NCBI GenBank assembly: GCA_963806225.1
Contig: CAWDXG010000004.1
Location: 4,320,001 to 4,384,000 of the forward strand
Source of the DNA: an uncultured delta proteobacterium
GTDB lineage: Bacteria > Myxococcota_A > Polyangia > Polyangiales > Polyangiaceae
Length of the DNA stretch: 64,000 nt
Direction of reading: 5' to 3'
The notes below the pieces were generated by a model, which saw nothing but the letters and a program-made list of their open reading frames with translations, searched no databases and was not told where the DNA came from. Position numbers and translations under genes: made by a program. Below, piece after piece: positions 62,733-64,000 of the stretch (positions within the stretch are counted from its first letter, which is position 1; every line of letters begins with the position of its first letter).

Positions 62733-64000
62733 ATGTCGGAACACGTCAGCCGAAATCGACAGCCAGAGCTTCGAAGCCGAGGTGCTCGCCCAGAGCGCGC
62801 CCGTCGTGCTCGACTTCTTTTCCACCGAGTGCCCCCCGTGCGAGGCGCTCGCGCCGAAGTTCGAAGAGCTGGCACGGATCTACGGAGAAAACGTCCGCTT
62901 TCTGAAGGTATTCCGTCAGGAAAACAGGGAGCTGGCGGAGCGCCTCGGTGTGCGCGGCTCGCCCACCGTGCTGTTCTTCGACGGTGGGAAGGAAGTTGGC
63001 GAGCGTCTCACCGGCGCCATCAAACGCTCCGCGCTCCGCGCCGGCATCGAAGCGATGATCCCAAAAGAGCGCGCTGCCGAGCTCCGGGCCCGCGAGCGCG
63101 CGGTCGATACCGAGTGCGACGTGTTGATCCTGGGCGCCGGCCCCGCCGGTGTGACGGCTGGCATCTACGCGGCGCAGGCCAAGCTCCGCACCATCATGGT
63201 GGACGTGGGTCTGGGCGGCGGAAACCTCTCGATCACCCACCAGGTCTCGAACTTCCCGGGCTTCCCCAAGCCCCAACCCGGCTACATGCTGGCGCACTAC
63301 CTGCTCGAGCACGCCCGGGAGGCCGGCGTGCAGTCGCGTTTCGCCGCGGAGCTCACGGTGGCGGACCTGCACGAACGCCGCATCGTGCTCGACGGCGTGG
63401 AAACGATCCGGGCGCGCAAGGTGGTTGTCGCGACCGGCTCGTCGCCGCGGCCCATCGGCGTGCCGGGCGAGCGCGAGTACAAGGGCAAGGGGATCAGCTA
63501 CTGCGCGACCTGCGACGCCAAGTACTACGAAGGCAAGCACGTGGTGGTGATCGGCGGCGGCAACTCGGCGATCGAGGAAGCGCTCTTCATCGCGAAGTTC
63601 GCGGCGAAGATCACGCTGATCCACCAGTTTGCCCAGCTGTCCGCGAACAAGCAGGCGCAGGCGCGCGTCTTCGAGAACGACAAGTTCGACTTCCTGTTCG
63701 AGCATGAACCGCGCGAGTTCGTCGCCGGAAATGGCAGGACCGTCGACGGCGTGGTCGTGGAGGATCTCCGGACCGGAACCCGGCGCCGCGTCGACTGCGA
63801 CGGGGCGTTCGTGTTCGCGGGCATGCGCCCGAACCTCGACGCATTCGGCAGCATTTTCAAGGTGGACAGCCACGGCTACGTCGTCGTCGACGAGGAGATG
63901 CGCACAAATGTGCCGGGAGTGTTTGCCGCCGGCGACATCGTCAGCAAGCGCTTCCGCCAGATGACGACCGCTGTCTCCGACGGCACCGTGGCGTCCATGG
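62733..64000 (+). CDS. trxB: Thioredoxin-thioredoxin reductase fusion (runs off right edge)
   Basis: LDFFSTECPPC, then GAGPAG, GKGISYCATCD, GGGNSA, GVFAAGD. Confidence 0.88.

Overview
High-GC bacterial DNA, probably from a myxobacterium (Polyangiales-like). This is inferred from MYXO-CTERM-like sorting tails, an AgmX/PglI-type lipoprotein, a eukaryote-like Ser/Thr kinase and Cys-rich lipoproteins. The window has four zones. (1) 1-9.3 kb: a nitrosative/redox/metal-stress cluster (NnrS-type proteins, two hemerythrins, a sigma-54 activator and matching promoter, AhpD, DUF488, a Fur-boxed methyltransferase-cupin pair, a truncated multiheme cytochrome). (2) About 9.3-44.8 kb: a heavily rearranged accessory island. 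It contains a nested train of IS91/ISCR-like rolling-circle elements (1 intact transposase, 5 remnants, 8 ori-like ends G[C/G]... reading GCCC/GCGC-GTAGGT, 5 ter-like hairpin motifs), a TGT...ACA DDE transposon with an ExeA-type ATPase, many truncated gene fragments, secreted Cys-rich proteins and two toxin-antitoxin-like pairs. (3) 44.8-60.4 kb: ordinary core genes (alr, rib operon, nusB, ArsA ATPase, kinase, radical SAM, ALDH). (4) 60.5-64 kb: an FNR-boxed operon of ArsM-like methyltransferase, a 42-aa Cys-rich peptide missing from the ORF track, a radical SAM/SPASM maturase, and thioredoxin-thioredoxin reductase. Zone 4 is a candidate uncharacterised RiPP system. Several single-base frameshifts suggest possible long-read indel errors, so fusions and pseudogene calls need read-level checks. 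No tRNA, rRNA or CRISPR array was recognised.
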